A stretch of 64,000 nt of DNA from an uncultured Gammaproteobacteria bacterium (GCA_963768295.1 CAVYHN010000027.1:127009-191008); one strand, 5' to 3'. Positions 37,413 to 48,790 are shown, numbered from the stretch's first letter. Translations and numbers: made by a program. The notes: generated by a model not told the origin, from the letters alone.

Positions 37413-38690
37413 TTAAAGTTGGTAAACGATTTCGGCGGCGATGATGGTGTGGGTGACGCTGCCGCGGAAATCCCAGCCTTCGAAGGCCGTGTTCCTGCCC
37501 TTGGAGACAAAATTGACCGCCTGACAGATCCAGTGGGTTTCGGGGTCGACGATGATCAGGTCCGCGACCTCGCCGGCTTCGATTTTACCGCCGGGCAGCC
37601 CCATGATGGTAGCTGGATTCAGCGTCAGCCTGGCGATCAGGTCGGCCAGCGGCAGCACGTCCTCCTCGACCAGGCGCAGCGCCAGGGGCAGGAGGGTGTC
37701 GAGCCCGCTGATGCCGGGTTCTGCCGACGGGTAGGGTTTCAGCTTGGCGTCGACCTCATGCGGCTGGTGATCCGAGCACAGGCAGTCGATGGTGCCATCA
37801 GCCACACCCTCGCGCAGCGCATCGCGGTCTGACTCACTGCGCAGCGGCGGGATAGTAAACATGTTGCTATCGAAATAGCCGATATCGTGATCGGTGAGAA
37901 ATAACTGGTGGATGGCGCAATCGGCGCTGATCGGCAAGCCCTTGGCCTTGGCGCGGCGAATCATGTCGACCGAGCGCGCGCAGGAAAGCTGGCCGAAATG
38001 CGTGCGCGCGCCGGTCTGCGCCACCAGTTCGATGTCTTTGGCCAGCGCCGCGGTTTCGGCTGCTTCCGGGATCGCGGGCAGCCCTAGCCGGGTCGAGATA
38101 GCGCCCTCGTGGGCGCAGCCGTTGCCGAGCAATTCATGGTCCAGGGGCTGAATGATAACCATCGACTGCTGACCCGCGGCATAGTCCATCGCGCGTCGCT
38201 GCACCAGGTTGTTGGCCAGTGGAATCTTGGCATTGCTGAACGCAATGCAGCCGTTATCGCGCAGGCTCGCCATGTTGCTGAGTTGCTCGCCGCCGAGCCC
38301 GCGAGTCAGCGCACCGATCGGATAGACATGTGCCCTGTGTCCAAACATTTCATTGCGATGGTGGATCAACTCGACGGTGGCCGAATTGTCGATCGCCGGC
38401 TGTGTGTCCGGGGGCAGGCACAGGCTGGTGATTCCGTTTTTGATCGCGGCCAGGGTCTCGCTTTCGATGTTGGCCTTTTCCGGTTGCCCGGGGTCGCGCA
38501 GTCGCGCCTGGCAATCGATCAGGCCGGGCATGATCCAGCGGCCGGCGGCATCGATCGTCTGCGTTGCCTGGAAACTATCTGGCGCCTTGTCGATACCGAC
38601 GATCTTGCCATCCTGCAGATATAAATCGGCCTGGCGTTGCGTCGATCCGGCGGCTTCAACCAGCAGACCGTTTTTGATATGCAGGCTCAA
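37413..38690 (-). CDS. pyrC': Dihydroorotase-like non-catalytic subunit PyrC' (pseudoenzyme partner of aspartate carbamoyltransferase)
   Basis: Amidohydrolase fold, but the N-terminal metal-binding HxH is replaced ([13 protein letters not shown]). Overlaps the pyrB stop (ATGA). Confidence 0.75.
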   Translation of the reverse strand: MSLHIKNGLLVEAAGSTQRQADLYLQDGKIVGIDKAPDSFQATQTIDAAGRWIMPGLIDCQARLRDPGQPEKANIESETLAAIKNGITSLCLPPDTQPAIDNSATVELIHHRNEMFGHRAHVYPIGALTRGLGGEQLSNMASLRDNGCIAFSNAKIPLANNLVQRRAMDYAAGQQSMVIIQPLDHELLGNGCAHEGAISTRLGLPAIPEAAETAALAKDIELVAQTGARTHFGQLSCARSVDMIRRAKAKGLPISADCAIHQLFLTDHDIGYFDSNMFTIPPLRSESDRDALREGVADGTIDCLCSDHQPHEVDAKLKPYPSAEPGISGLDTLLPLALRLVEEDVLPLADLIARLTLNPATIMGLPGGKIEAGEVADLIIVDPETHWICQAVNFVSKGRNTAFEGWDFRGSVTHTIIAAEIVYQL

Positions 38691-39670
38691 GTCTGGCTCC
38701 CGGACTGCAGTCCAGATTGCCGGACAATCATCGACATCACCGCCATGCGCACCGAGATACCGAAGCTTACCTGCTGCAGGATGACCGACTGGCTGCCATC
38801 CATGACACTGGACTCGATTTCGACGCCGCGGTTGGCTGGACCGGGATGCATGACGATTGCATCTGGCTTCGCCCGTTGTAAACGTTCCTGCGACAGACCG
38901 TACTTGCGGAAGTATTCTTTTTCACTGGGCAGCAATGCGCCGCGCATGCGCTCTTTTTGCAGGCGCAGCATGATGATGACATCGACGTCCTTGAGCCCTC
39001 GCTCGAGGTCTTCGTAAACACTCACCCCGAGGGATTCGGTAGCCACCGGCAGCAGGGTGCGTGGCGCGATAACCCGAATCTCGGCGGTGTTGAGCAGGTT
39101 CAGCGCGTGGATTTGCGAACGCGCGACCCGCGAATGCAGGATATCGCCGACGATTGCGACCCTGAGTCCACTGAAGTCTTTCTTGTAGTGGCGGATGGTG
39201 TACATGTCGAGCATGGCCTGGGTCGGATGCTCGTGTTGACCGTCACCGGCGTTGAGCACGGATACTCCCGGGCGCACATGCTGTGCGAAAAAATAAGCAC
39301 TGCCGCTGTCCTGGTGGCGGATGACGAACATATCGATTTGCATCGCCTCCAGGTTCTGCAGGGTATCGAGCAGCGATTCACCCTTGACCGTTGCCGAAGT
39401 GTCGACATTGAGGCTCAGGATATCGGCCGACAGACGCTGTTCGGCCAGTTCGAAGGTGGATCGGGTGCGGGTACTCGCTTCGAAAAACAGGTTGGCGACC
39501 GTTATGCCGCGCAGGATCGGGACTTTCTTGATGGTTCGATCGGCGACCGAGGTAAAGGATTGTGCGGTATCGAGTATCTCGGTAAGAATAGCCTGGTCGA
39601 GGCCCTCGATACTGAGAAAGTGCCTGAGTCGGCCATTTTCATCGAGCTGAATATTACCGTTAGTCGGCAT
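38687..39670 (-). CDS. pyrB: Aspartate carbamoyltransferase catalytic subunit
   Basis: STRTR and HPxQ motifs. Start taken at MPTNG immediately after the pyrR stop. Confidence 0.9.
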   Translation of the reverse strand: MPTNGNIQLDENGRLRHFLSIEGLDQAILTEILDTAQSFTSVADRTIKKVPILRGITVANLFFEASTRTRSTFELAEQRLSADILSLNVDTSATVKGESLLDTLQNLEAMQIDMFVIRHQDSGSAYFFAQHVRPGVSVLNAGDGQHEHPTQAMLDMYTIRHYKKDFSGLRVAIVGDILHSRVARSQIHALNLLNTAEIRVIAPRTLLPVATESLGVSVYEDLERGLKDVDVIIMLRLQKERMRGALLPSEKEYFRKYGLSQERLQRAKPDAIVMHPGPANRGVEIESSVMDGSQSVILQQVSFGISVRMAVMSMIVRQSGLQSGSQT

Positions 39671-40172
39671 GACGCTCCAGGGTCTTGATGACCAGGCGCA
39701 GCGGATCCGGTCCTTCGAGTTTGATGTGGCTGCCGGAGTCGAGTTCCATGGTCGCGCCGACGATATCGGCCTGGATCGGTATTTCACGTTCACCGCGATC
39801 GATCAGAATCGCGAGGATGATTTTTTTCGGGCGTCCGTAGTCGAAAATCTCGTTCATCGCGGCGCGCACGGTGCGGCCCGAATGCAAAACGTCGTCAACC
39901 AGGACAATGGTTTTATCATCGATTTCCATCGGCAGGCTGGACGGTTTGACCGTAGGATGCAGGCCGCTGCGGGTAAAATCGTCGCGGTAAAACGAAATGT
40001 TCAGACGCCCCAGTTCGGTGTCGGGCGCAATCCGTCGATGCAGCTGTTCGGCGATCCAGGCGCCGCCGGTTTCGATGCCGACGATGATGGGTTGCGTTGC
40101 GGGAGAAGAAAAATAAGGAGTCAGTGCCTGGCTTAGCTTTTCGATCAGCGATTCGACTGGGGGTAGGGACAC
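39660..40172 (-). CDS. pyrR: Bifunctional pyr-operon regulator / uracil phosphoribosyltransferase PyrR
   Basis: PRTase motif [12 protein letters not shown]; 170 aa. Confidence 0.9.
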   Translation of the reverse strand: MSLPPVESLIEKLSQALTPYFSSPATQPIIVGIETGGAWIAEQLHRRIAPDTELGRLNISFYRDDFTRSGLHPTVKPSSLPMEIDDKTIVLVDDVLHSGRTVRAAMNEIFDYGRPKKIILAILIDRGEREIPIQADIVGATMELDSGSHIKLEGPDPLRLVIKTLERHAD

Positions 40173-40248
40173 TTAGACTCCACTGGTTTGTGCGGTCGCT
40201 TTATAGCATAAAATCGATCTGATTACAGTACCCGATGGCCTGCAGATT

Positions 40249-40662
40249 TTACTGGCTTGCTTGCTCACGCAGCCAGGATTCGGTGATCAGGGCGGCGGCG
40301 AGGCTGTCGATTTCGGTTTTGGACTTTTTGCGCTGATTCTCGATCGCGAGTTGATAAGCTTCGCGCGTGGTCAGGCGTTCGTCGATTAACACGGTCTTGA
40401 TGCCGAATCGACCTTCGAGCTGGCGCCCGAAGCGTTGCGCGCGCTGGCTCATTTCCTGCTGCTCGCCTTTCATATTCAACGGCAGGCCGACGACCAGCAC
40501 CTGGGGTTGCCACTCCAGCAGAATCCGTTCGATGCCTTTCCAGTCGTTGCTTTTGAGTGCGCCTAGCGGGCTGGCCTGTCGGGTTAGTGTTTGCCCTACG
40601 GCAATGCCGGTCCAGTGCGTGCCAAAATCGAAACCGATGACCGTCTTTATCGGTTCTGTCAT
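40249..40662 (-). CDS. ruvX: Holliday-junction resolvase-like YqgF/RuvX
   Basis: VIGFDFGTHWTGIAVGQ...LPLNMKG. Confidence 0.9.
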   Translation of the reverse strand: MTEPIKTVIGFDFGTHWTGIAVGQTLTRQASPLGALKSNDWKGIERILLEWQPQVLVVGLPLNMKGEQQEMSQRAQRFGRQLEGRFGIKTVLIDERLTTREAYQLAIENQRKKSKTEIDSLAAALITESWLREQASQ

Positions 40663-40673
40663 TCGCCGCGAAT

Positions 40674-41240
40674 TCAGGCGTTACCGCTGACGGGAGAGAG
40701 CGAACTTAAATCGAAGCCGAGTGAATCGAAGGCGACCTGCCACTTGTTTTCGGGTTTTTCATGAAACAGCAAATCGGGATTGCAGGTCGAGGTTAACCAC
40801 GAGTTTTGCTGCAACTCGGATTCCAGCTGACCCGAGGCCCAGCCGGAAAACCCGAGTATGACGAGGTAATCTTCGGGCCCTTTGCCGTTGGCGATTGCCT
40901 GCAGGATGTCGACCGAGCTGGTCAGGTTGATACCGCTGGAAACCTCGACGCTGTTTTGCCAGCTGCCAGGGTCAGAATGCAGGACAAAACCCTGCTCTAG
41001 CTGCACCGGACCGCCGATGTATACCGGCTGATGTCTGATTTTCTCGTCTTCACACTTGATGTTCAGCTGCTTGAAGATGTCTTCCAGCACCTGCGAGGTT
41101 TCGTGGTTGACGACCAGTCCCATGCTGCCGTGTTCGCTGTGTTCGCACATATAGACAAGGCTGGAGGCAAAAATCGGATCCTTGATTGCCGGGGTTGCAA
41201 TCAGGCATTTGTCGACGAGACTGGCTGTTTGCTGGGTCAT
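40674..41240 (-). CDS. algH: YqgE/AlgH-family protein
   Basis: 188 aa, CLIATPAIKDPIFASSLVYMCEH. Confidence 0.85.
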   Translation of the reverse strand: MTQQTASLVDKCLIATPAIKDPIFASSLVYMCEHSEHGSMGLVVNHETSQVLEDIFKQLNIKCEDEKIRHQPVYIGGPVQLEQGFVLHSDPGSWQNSVEVSSGINLTSSVDILQAIANGKGPEDYLVILGFSGWASGQLESELQQNSWLTSTCNPDLLFHEKPENKWQVAFDSLGFDLSSLSPVSGNA

Positions 41241-41249
41241 TACTAGTCG

Positions 41250-42140
41250 TTAGCTTACTCCGCTTTGGGTTCTAAAGCGATTGCTTTTGAAATCCCAGGT
41301 CCTGATTATGACGATTTGATCGGCTCGTTCCCTTAGTTCTTCGGAAAAGGGCGCAAACGGCTGGGCCATGCGCAGGATGCGTCGGGCGGCTTCATCGAGC
41401 ACGCTGGTTCCGGAAGACGCGGTAATTTGCATGTCGAGCACCTCACCGGACGCGTTCAGGCGCACACTCATGCGCAGCCGGCCGGCAAGGTTATTGATTC
41501 TGGCTTCCTGCGGGTAGTTGAGGTTGCCGGTGTGCTCGATTTTCTGCACCCAGGAGGACAGGTAACTGGCCTCGACTGCCTTGCGCGTGCTGGCGGTTAA
41601 GGTCAGCGTTTTCGGGCGCCTGGCATAATCAATCGTCATTTGCCTGATTTCCGCCTGCAAGCGGGCAATCTTGCTCTCGCGCTGCTCGACTTCGCTGGCT
41701 TTTTTGCTGTTGGAATCCTTCGCGCGCTGCTGTTGCTGCTGCTGCATGCTGGTATCTGACTCGCTTTGGGTCAGGTAGTAAAGGTTACTGATCGCCAGTT
41801 GTTGCCTGCGCAGCTCGGTCTGATCCCGGTCTGACAGGCCTTTCTGATTGAGCGGCGTCGCCGCCGATACGGGTGCGGAAGGGCGGGCTTTTTCTTCGGT
41901 GTTGCCGCCACCCGCCTGGTTTTCCTGCGCCAGGAAATCGGGATTTTCGACGGTTTCAAAGGTTTTCGCGTTAGCCAGAATGATATCGAGACTCGGCAGG
42001 GGGTCTGTATTGCTGTGGTCGGACGAAGTAAACCCGACGCCCAGCACCACAATGGCATGCAGTGTCAGTGCCAGAAACAAAGTGAAGCCGAGTCGATCAC
42101 TGGCGGTGATGCGTGGCTGGATTGCTTGTGCTTGGGCCAT
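41250..42140 (-). CDS. tonB: TonB-family energy transducer
   Basis: N-terminal TM, Pro/Glu/Lys-rich linker, C-terminal TonB domain. Confidence 0.7.
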   Translation of the reverse strand: MAQAQAIQPRITASDRLGFTLFLALTLHAIVVLGVGFTSSDHSNTDPLPSLDIILANAKTFETVENPDFLAQENQAGGGNTEEKARPSAPVSAATPLNQKGLSDRDQTELRRQQLAISNLYYLTQSESDTSMQQQQQQRAKDSNSKKASEVEQRESKIARLQAEIRQMTIDYARRPKTLTLTASTRKAVEASYLSSWVQKIEHTGNLNYPQEARINNLAGRLRMSVRLNASGEVLDMQITASSGTSVLDEAARRILRMAQPFAPFSEELRERADQIVIIRTWDFKSNRFRTQSGVS

Positions 42141-42195
42141 ATAGGGTGTCTATTGTGCCAAGAATGAGTCTAGATAACCAGTAAAACTCGTTGAA

Positions 42196-43221
42196 TTAGT
42201 TAACAATTTTAATTTGCCATGGTACGTTAATTTCGAGCTTTTCGAAGAGTGAGCGACTCGCCAGAATTTCCCGCGACTGGCTGATAAGCAAAAAGTCCTC
42301 GATGTTTAAGGATAGTGCCAAATCCCCGCTTTTGCCCAGACCATCGATCATTAGAACCGTAGCCGCAACATCGGCGCGCACCGGGTCGCCGACAAGTACC
42401 GTGGCAGAACTCTGTCCGCGCGATGATTCGCCGGTACGCGGATCGATTATGTGATGCGTCAAGCGTTCGCCGCGTTGGTACTGGCGCCGGTAGTTTCCCG
42501 AGGTGAACAGGCTGTGGCTGCCGCTCAATTCCAGGCGGGCGATGATACCGGGCGCGAATGGATTTTGAATGCCGAGCCGCCAGGGGCGCCCGAAACGATT
42601 GCCCGCGATCTTCATGTCGCCGCCGGCATTGACGATGTAGTTCTCGATGCCCTGGCGATCGAGGAAATCGGCGATCAGACCGATCGCGTAACCCTTGGCA
42701 ATGCCGCCAAGATCGATTTGTAGTGCGGGATTGCTGCTGGTGGCGAGACCGGCGACGATTTTCAGATTCCGCATGCTGGGCAGGTCGCGTTTGAGCGCAG
42801 CGATTGCCGCGGCGTCGACCGCGCTGTCATGAAATCCGTAGGCGGCAATCAATTTGCCGAGTGCGGGATTGAACAGGCCACCGCTGGCATCGTGGTATTC
42901 GAGACTCAGTTGCAACAATTCGGCCAGGCTGTCCGGTACCCGCGCCTGCCCGTTGCGCTGTAATTCAGCGTTGAAGCGGGTTAAGTCGCTATCCTCCCAG
43001 GCATGCCACAGGCCGCGATAGTGACGCAGCCGAGACTCGATTTCACCAAGCAGTGACTCCGCCAGATGCAAATCTTCGGTGATCATCGTGATTTCGATAA
43101 TCGTGCCGAACTCGAGCAGGTGCTGCTCGACCAGGTGCTGTTTGCGTTCGCAAGCGCACAGCGCGATCGCCAACAAAAGCAGCCAGATGTTCCTTAAGCG
43201 GAAAGACGGCGCTCGATGCAC
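42196..43221 (-). CDS. apbE: FAD:protein FMN transferase ApbE (lipoprotein)
   Basis: Lipobox LCAC; GGIAKGYAIG motif. Confidence 0.85.
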   Translation of the reverse strand: MHRAPSFRLRNIWLLLLAIALCACERKQHLVEQHLLEFGTIIEITMITEDLHLAESLLGEIESRLRHYRGLWHAWEDSDLTRFNAELQRNGQARVPDSLAELLQLSLEYHDASGGLFNPALGKLIAAYGFHDSAVDAAAIAALKRDLPSMRNLKIVAGLATSSNPALQIDLGGIAKGYAIGLIADFLDRQGIENYIVNAGGDMKIAGNRFGRPWRLGIQNPFAPGIIARLELSGSHSLFTSGNYRRQYQRGERLTHHIIDPRTGESSRGQSSATVLVGDPVRADVAATVLMIDGLGKSGDLALSLNIEDFLLISQSREILASRSLFEKLEINVPWQIKIVN

Positions 43222-44150
43222 GTAAACAGGTCGGCGCTGATGTTGAGCCCGAAATCGCGATCGAGTTCGCGGATGCAGGTTGGACTGGTAACGTTAATTT
43301 CGGTGATGTAGTCACCAATGACGTCGATGCCGACAAACAAAAGGCCGCGCGCGCGCAGATCGTCACCGAGCTGGTCGCACAACCATTGGTCGCGTTCGCT
43401 AAGCGCCTGAGCGCGGGTGCTCGCGCCAGCCGCGATATTGCCGCGGTTTTCGCCGGCGGCGGGTAAACGCGCCAGCGCGTAGGGGATGGCGACGCCGTCG
43501 ATTAGCAGGATACGCTTGTCGCCTTCGCTGATCTCCGGAATGAAACGCTGCACCATGGTCTGGGATTTACCATGTTTGGAAACGGCTTCGATAATCGAAT
43601 TGGTGTTGGGGTCGCCGGCCTGGATGCGAAAAATCGACTGGCCGCCCATACCGTCCAGCGGCTTGACGATGACGTCTTTATGCTGGTTGATAAATTCCCT
43701 GATGATTTCCGGGCTTCGGCTGACCCGCGTCTCGACGCAACATTGGGGAAAGACGCGGGTGTAAAGCTTTTCATTACAATCTCGCAGGCTGGCCGGCCGG
43801 TTGACAACCAGTACCCCGTTCTCCTCCGCCTGTTCCAGGATGTAGGTGCAGTAGATGTATTCGAGATCGAACGGCGGGTCCTTACGCATCAGAATCGAGT
43901 CCAGTTCATCCAGGCGGCAGCGCCCCGTGGCGCCGTAATCGAACCAGTCTTCATTGTCGTCACGCAGGCTGAGTTTGCGAAATTGCCCCATGGCAACGCC
44001 ATTGTCGAGGAAGATATCGTCAAGCTGAAAGTAATAAATCTGCCAGCCACGCGCCTGCGCTTCCAGCATCATGGCCAGGCTTGAATCCTTCCAGGGTTTG
44101 ATGGCTTCGATTGGATCCATCACGATCCCGAGCTTGCGGTCTGTGGGCAT
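43194..44150 (-). CDS. gshB: Glutathione synthetase
   Basis: MPTDRKLGIVMDPIEAIKPWKDSS plus the ATP-grasp fold; 318 aa. Confidence 0.9.
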   Translation of the reverse strand: MPTDRKLGIVMDPIEAIKPWKDSSLAMMLEAQARGWQIYYFQLDDIFLDNGVAMGQFRKLSLRDDNEDWFDYGATGRCRLDELDSILMRKDPPFDLEYIYCTYILEQAEENGVLVVNRPASLRDCNEKLYTRVFPQCCVETRVSRSPEIIREFINQHKDVIVKPLDGMGGQSIFRIQAGDPNTNSIIEAVSKHGKSQTMVQRFIPEISEGDKRILLIDGVAIPYALARLPAAGENRGNIAAGASTRAQALSERDQWLCDQLGDDLRARGLLFVGIDVIGDYITEINVTSPTCIRELDRDFGLNISADLFTCIERRLSA

Positions 44151-44452
44151 AAAGGTAGTTTATTCGAGCGATGATTGCGGTTGTCCGAAGTTTACTGAAT
44201 TAAACCTGGCAAAAACATCAAAATATCCTTTATTCGGCAAGCTTTGCTGGTTGCATCTTCGGCTTGTTAAACCCGGTTTTATGAACTACTTTTGAAGGTG
44301 ATGGTTTTTCAAGATTTTGTCAGTGAAAATCGGATTCATATCGTAGAATCTACATCATATTGTTTAATTAAATGACTGGTTTTACTTGGAAATATCAATA
44401 TAATCTTGTCGTATAAAGTGGGGGATACCCACTGTTAATCCCCGGGGGTTAT

Positions 44453-44866
44453 GTGAACACCGAGTCTCAGATAGCAGAAGGAGCGCCGGAAATGGGCAAC
44501 CTGAACGTCAAGGTAATGGTTATTGACGACAGTAAGACCATCCGCCGCAGTGCTGAAACCCTGCTGAAAAAAGTGGGTTGCGAGGTTGTGACCGCGGTCG
44601 ACGGTTTCGAGGCGCTGGCCAAAATCGCCGAACATAAACCGGATATTATTTTCGTCGACATCATGATGCCGCGTCTGGATGGTTACCAGACCTGCGCCTT
44701 GATCAAGAACAATCAAACCTTCAAGGCGACGCCGGTCATCATGCTGTCCAGCAAGGATAGTATTTTCGATCGCGCGCGCGGCCGTATCGTAGGCTCCGAG
44801 AAATATCTAACCAAGCCCTTTTCGAAGGAAGACCTGATCAATGCAATCACCACGCATGTCGGCTAG
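44453..44866 (+). CDS. pilG: Twitching-motility response regulator PilG (CheY-like)
   Basis: VMVIDDSKTIRRSAETLLKKVGCEVVTAVDGFEALAKIAEHKPDIIFVDIMMPRLDGYQTCALIKNN is about 80% identical to PaPilG. Alternative start at 44492. Confidence 0.9.
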   Translation: MNTESQIAEGAPEMGNLNVKVMVIDDSKTIRRSAETLLKKVGCEVVTAVDGFEALAKIAEHKPDIIFVDIMMPRLDGYQTCALIKNNQTFKATPVIMLSSKDSIFDRARGRIVGSEKYLTKPFSKEDLINAITTHVG

Positions 44867-44902
44867 GCCTTAACGGTCAGCGAAAATAGAGGTAGTTCCC
44901 GA

Positions 44903-45298
44903 ATGACGCACATTTTAATTATTGATGACTCGCCTACCGAGGTGCATGTATTCAAAAACATGCTGATGAATAACGATATCGAAGTTTCGGTTGCCAAGAA
45001 TGGTGAAGAAGGCATCGAAAAAGCGATTGAAATGAAGCCCGATTGCATTTTGATGGATGTGGTAATGCCTGGCAAAAACGGCTTTCAGGCGACGCGCGAC
45101 CTGAGCCGGAATCCGGCGACTTCGTCAATACCGGTCATCATCATTACTACCAAGGATCAGGAAACCGACAAAATCTGGGGCATGCGCCAGGGCGCCAAGG
45201 ATTACATCGTCAAGCCAGCGGATGAACGCGACCTGATCATGCGCATTAACAAGGTGCTCGGTTCCGACCGCACACACGAAGACGGCGCGATCGATTAG
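44903..45298 (+). CDS. pilH: Response regulator PilH
   Basis: ILIIDDSPTE...PVIIITTKDQETDKIWGMRQGAKDYIVKP. Confidence 0.9.
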   Translation: MTHILIIDDSPTEVHVFKNMLMNNDIEVSVAKNGEEGIEKAIEMKPDCILMDVVMPGKNGFQATRDLSRNPATSSIPVIIITTKDQETDKIWGMRQGAKDYIVKPADERDLIMRINKVLGSDRTHEDGAID

Positions 45299-45300
45299 CA

Positions 45301-45834
45301 ATGCCCATTACCTCGCCATTTGAAATATTGAACAGGCTGGATCAGCGTTTTCGCAAAAACTCGAGCGGCTTGCCTGTGGCCAAGGCGGTGGTCGATGACT
45401 GGATCGGAATCGGTTTTGCGATTAATGACATTCCGTTGATCGCGAAAATGGACGATGTCAGTGAAATACTGCCGCCGCCCGAAACCATACGGGTACCGGG
45501 GGTCGCGCCCTGGGTCAAGGGGTTGGCAAATATTCGCGGCAGTTTGATGCCGGTCCTGGATATGAATGGTTATCTTTATGGAAAACCGACCAATATTCGC
45601 AAGGAAAGCAGGATATTGATCATCAATAAACTGGGTATTGTTGCCGGCCTGCTGGTTGATGAAGTTTATGGGTTACGACGTTTTAAACCCGAGGAGCATC
45701 AAAAACAAATCAAGCAGGACGCGGGTTCGGTGGGGGAGTATCTGGCCGGCACCTTCGTTGATCAGGTGCGACGCTGGAATGTTTTCAGTGTTGAAAAACT
45801 GGCCAGGACTGAGCAGTTCCTGAGAGTGGTTTAA
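45301..45834 (+). CDS. pilI: CheW-like coupling protein PilI
   Basis: CheW domain, located between pilH and pilJ. Confidence 0.8.
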   Translation: MPITSPFEILNRLDQRFRKNSSGLPVAKAVVDDWIGIGFAINDIPLIAKMDDVSEILPPPETIRVPGVAPWVKGLANIRGSLMPVLDMNGYLYGKPTNIRKESRILIINKLGIVAGLLVDEVYGLRRFKPEEHQKQIKQDAGSVGEYLAGTFVDQVRRWNVFSVEKLARTEQFLRVV

Positions 45835-45863
45835 ATGGCAGTTAGCTATGCATTGAGGAACCA

Positions 45864-48014
45864 ATGGCAGTATTAGACAAAGTAAAAAATTTGTTTCCGG
45901 CACGAGCATCAGGCGCAGGTTTATCGATTGCACAGGGCGGAGGCATGAACAAGAAGGTCGTTCTGGTCGGCGTCTTGCTGGTGATCGCGGTCCTGGCAAT
46001 GGTGTTGATGTTCGTCATCGAATCGGGACAGGCGCGCAAGAACAAACTTTATGCAGCCATTGCCTCGGAACAGCAGGTTATTTCTCAACAGATTGCGGTC
46101 AATGCACTAGAGGCCGCCGCCGGCCAGGAACAGGCATTCGATCGCCTGGCGACAAATCAGAATCGTTTTCTGGCCAATCTTGAAAAGTACAACAATGGCG
46201 CCCCGGGGCAGGATCTACCCCCCTTGCCGGTGCATTTTTCAGCGGAATTTTCGAACCTGAAAGCCATCTGGAGTGACTATGACAAGGATATCGCGACGGT
46301 CGTCGCGGCCAAGAACTCGATTGCCACGGTCAGTGATTATGTCACGCAAATCAATGAATCGCTGCCGGAATTGATATCGCTTTCCGATCGCGTGGTCGAT
46401 GAACTGGTCAATGCCAACGCGCCGCGAAAAAATATTGCCGTCGCCGCTCGACAGGTGATTCTGATCCGCGGTATCGAGCATAGCCTCAACCAGATACTGA
46501 CTGACGGCGAAGTGGTCATGGCGGCGGCGGATCGTTTCGCTACCGATGCCACCAAGGTGGAAACGCAATTGCTGGCGATGCTCGAAGGTAACGCTGAGCT
46601 CGGGATTAGCAAGTTCACCGGCACTGCCGTGATCGGCAACCTGCTGCAATTTGCCGACCTTTACTCGGTCGTGCGTAAGAACGTGCGTGAGATTCTCGAT
46701 AATTCAGCGCAAATTTTCAAAGTGCACGAGGCGGCGTTGAATATCGATCAATTGAGCCCGCTGATACTGTCCTCCGCCAGCGATCTGATCGTGGCCATCG
46801 AGCGCAACGATGCCGAGGGTAATGTCTTTAACCTGATCGGTTATTTACTAGGGGCCGCTGCAATGCTGCTGCTGGTATGGCTGATCTTTCTCATTTCGAG
46901 CGAATCGAAGAAAAGCCTGGCGGAATCCCAGGAGCAAAACGAAAAAAACCAGCGCGCGATCCTGCGCCTGCTCGATGAGATGACCAATCTGGCGGATGGT
47001 GACCTGTCGACGCATACCACGGTAACGGAAGACATCACCGGCGCGATCGCCGACTCGGTGAACTACTCCATCGACGCCTTGCGTGATCTGGTCAGCACCA
47101 TTAACAACACCGCAAACCAGGTTCGCGGCGCGGTGCGCAAAACCCAGAACATGACCGGCGAACTCGCCGAGGCCAGTGACGCCCAGGCGCGCCAGATAAC
47201 CGCGGCCAGTAGCGCCGTCACAGAAATTTCCAAGTCGATGTCACAGGTCTCCGAGCGCGCCGCCGACTCGGCCGAGGTGGCGCGAAAATCGGTAAGTATT
47301 GCGCACAAGGGGGGTGAAACGGTACGCCAGACCATCGACGGCATGGAAACCATACGCGAGCAGATCCAGGAGACCTCCAAGCGGATCAAGCGACTGGGTG
47401 AATCGTCCCAGGAAATCGGGGATATCGTAAACCTGATTACTGAGATATCCGATCAAACCAACATTCTCGCCCTCAACGCGGCGATACAGGCGTCGATGGC
47501 GGGCGAGGCTGGTCGCGGTTTCGCAGTGGTCGCGGACGAGGTGCAGCGACTCGCGGAAAGAACCGGTGATGCGACCAAGCAGATAGAGACGCTGGTTAAG
47601 GCCATCCAGGCGGATACCAACGAAGCCACGGTTTCGATGGAGCAGAGCACCGCCAACGTGGTCAAGGGTGCCAAGCTGACCGAAAACGCGGGTAGCGCGC
47701 TCGATCGAATCGAGCAGGTTTCGATGAACCTGGCGCAACGCATTCTGGAGATTTCCGACGCCACGCGGGACCAGGCCCAGGACAGTGTGCAAATCACCGA
47801 GACCATGGATGTGATTCAGGAAATCACCGCCAAAACTTCCGAAGGCTCGGAGCAGGCTTCCTCGGCGATCGGCGAACTATCGGACATGGTAAAAGATATG
47901 CAGACCTCGGTGGCGGGCTTCAAGCTGCCGGGTGTCAGCTCGGTCGAAAGCACCATGGTGCAGGATCCCGATGACCTGGCCGCGCTGGGCCTGGGCGCCG
48001 AGGCGGCGAAATAG
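45864..48014 (+). CDS. pilJ: Methyl-accepting chemotaxis protein PilJ
   Basis: The C-terminal 400 aa are nearly colinear with PaPilJ ([18 protein letters not shown]...[17 protein letters not shown]). Confidence 0.9.
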   Translation: MAVLDKVKNLFPARASGAGLSIAQGGGMNKKVVLVGVLLVIAVLAMVLMFVIESGQARKNKLYAAIASEQQVISQQIAVNALEAAAGQEQAFDRLATNQNRFLANLEKYNNGAPGQDLPPLPVHFSAEFSNLKAIWSDYDKDIATVVAAKNSIATVSDYVTQINESLPELISLSDRVVDELVNANAPRKNIAVAARQVILIRGIEHSLNQILTDGEVVMAAADRFATDATKVETQLLAMLEGNAELGISKFTGTAVIGNLLQFADLYSVVRKNVREILDNSAQIFKVHEAALNIDQLSPLILSSASDLIVAIERNDAEGNVFNLIGYLLGAAAMLLLVWLIFLISSESKKSLAESQEQNEKNQRAILRLLDEMTNLADGDLSTHTTVTEDITGAIADSVNYSIDALRDLVSTINNTANQVRGAVRKTQNMTGELAEASDAQARQITAASSAVTEISKSMSQVSERAADSAEVARKSVSIAHKGGETVRQTIDGMETIREQIQETSKRIKRLGESSQEIGDIVNLITEISDQTNILALNAAIQASMAGEAGRGFAVVADEVQRLAERTGDATKQIETLVKAIQADTNEATVSMEQSTANVVKGAKLTENAGSALDRIEQVSMNLAQRILEISDATRDQAQDSVQITETMDVIQEITAKTSEGSEQASSAIGELSDMVKDMQTSVAGFKLPGVSSVESTMVQDPDDLAALGLGAEAAK

Positions 48015-48022
48015 GTCAATCG

Positions 48023-48790
48023 ATGACTCCTCAGGAAACCTCGATAAAACACAGTGCGCTTGGGTGGGTCAAGAAATCCATCGATGACAACCTGTCCGAG
48101 ATCAAGACCGATCTCAAGCTTTATATCGAAGAGGGCGACGAGGCTTTACTGGAGCGGGTCAAGGAGCGGCTAGGCGTCATCCAGGGCGTGTTGATGATGA
48201 TCGAGCAATACGGCGCGGCGATGCTAACCGAGGAAATGGTCGCGCTGGTCGATTTTATCACCGAGAACAAACAGGAGCAGAGCGAACCGGCGCTGGAAGT
48301 CATGCTGCGCGCGGTACTGCAATTGCCCGATTATCTCGAGCATATCCAGTCGGGGCATCGCGATATCCCAATGGCAATCCTGCCTCTGTTGAACGATATC
48401 CGCGCGGTCAGAAACCAGGATCTGTTTTCCGAGAAGCTACTGTTTCTGCCCGATTTGTCGATGCACCAGGATGGCGCCGAGATTCAGGCGATCGACAAGG
48501 ATCAGAATCAGGCCTCCAAACTGCTGGCCAGGAAGCTGCGGCCGGTGTATCAACTGGCGCTGGTCAATGTGATCAATGGAACAATCGGTCGAGGAAAGCC
48601 TCAAGCGCCTGGAAAAAGTATGCGAAACCCTGGAAGAGCGCTCCTTTTCCGAGCAGATTGCCCGTATCTGGTGGATTGTCGGCGCCTTGATCGAATCGGT
48701 TTCACGCCAGCAGCTGGAACTCGGGGTGTCGATAAAAAGCCTGTTGGGCAAGGTGGACGCGCTGTTTCGAGTCATCCTGATCATCGGTGA
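48023..48790 (+). CDS. chpA: N-terminal FimL/ChpA-like segment. Either a separate ORF or the 5' part of chpA split by a +1 frame change near 48573-48600.
   Basis: Frame-2 ORF LGWVKKSIDDNLSEIKTDLKLYIEEGDEALLERVKE... Its last 70 codons overlap the chpA frame and look non-native. Confidence 0.5.
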   Translation: MTPQETSIKHSALGWVKKSIDDNLSEIKTDLKLYIEEGDEALLERVKERLGVIQGVLMMIEQYGAAMLTEEMVALVDFITENKQEQSEPALEVMLRAVLQLPDYLEHIQSGHRDIPMAILPLLNDIRAVRNQDLFSEKLLFLPDLSMHQDGAEIQAIDKDQNQASKLLARKLRPVYQLALVNVINGTIGRGKPQAPGKSMRNPGRALLFRADCPYLVDCRRLDRIGFTPAAGTRGVDKKPVGQGGRAVSSHPDHR

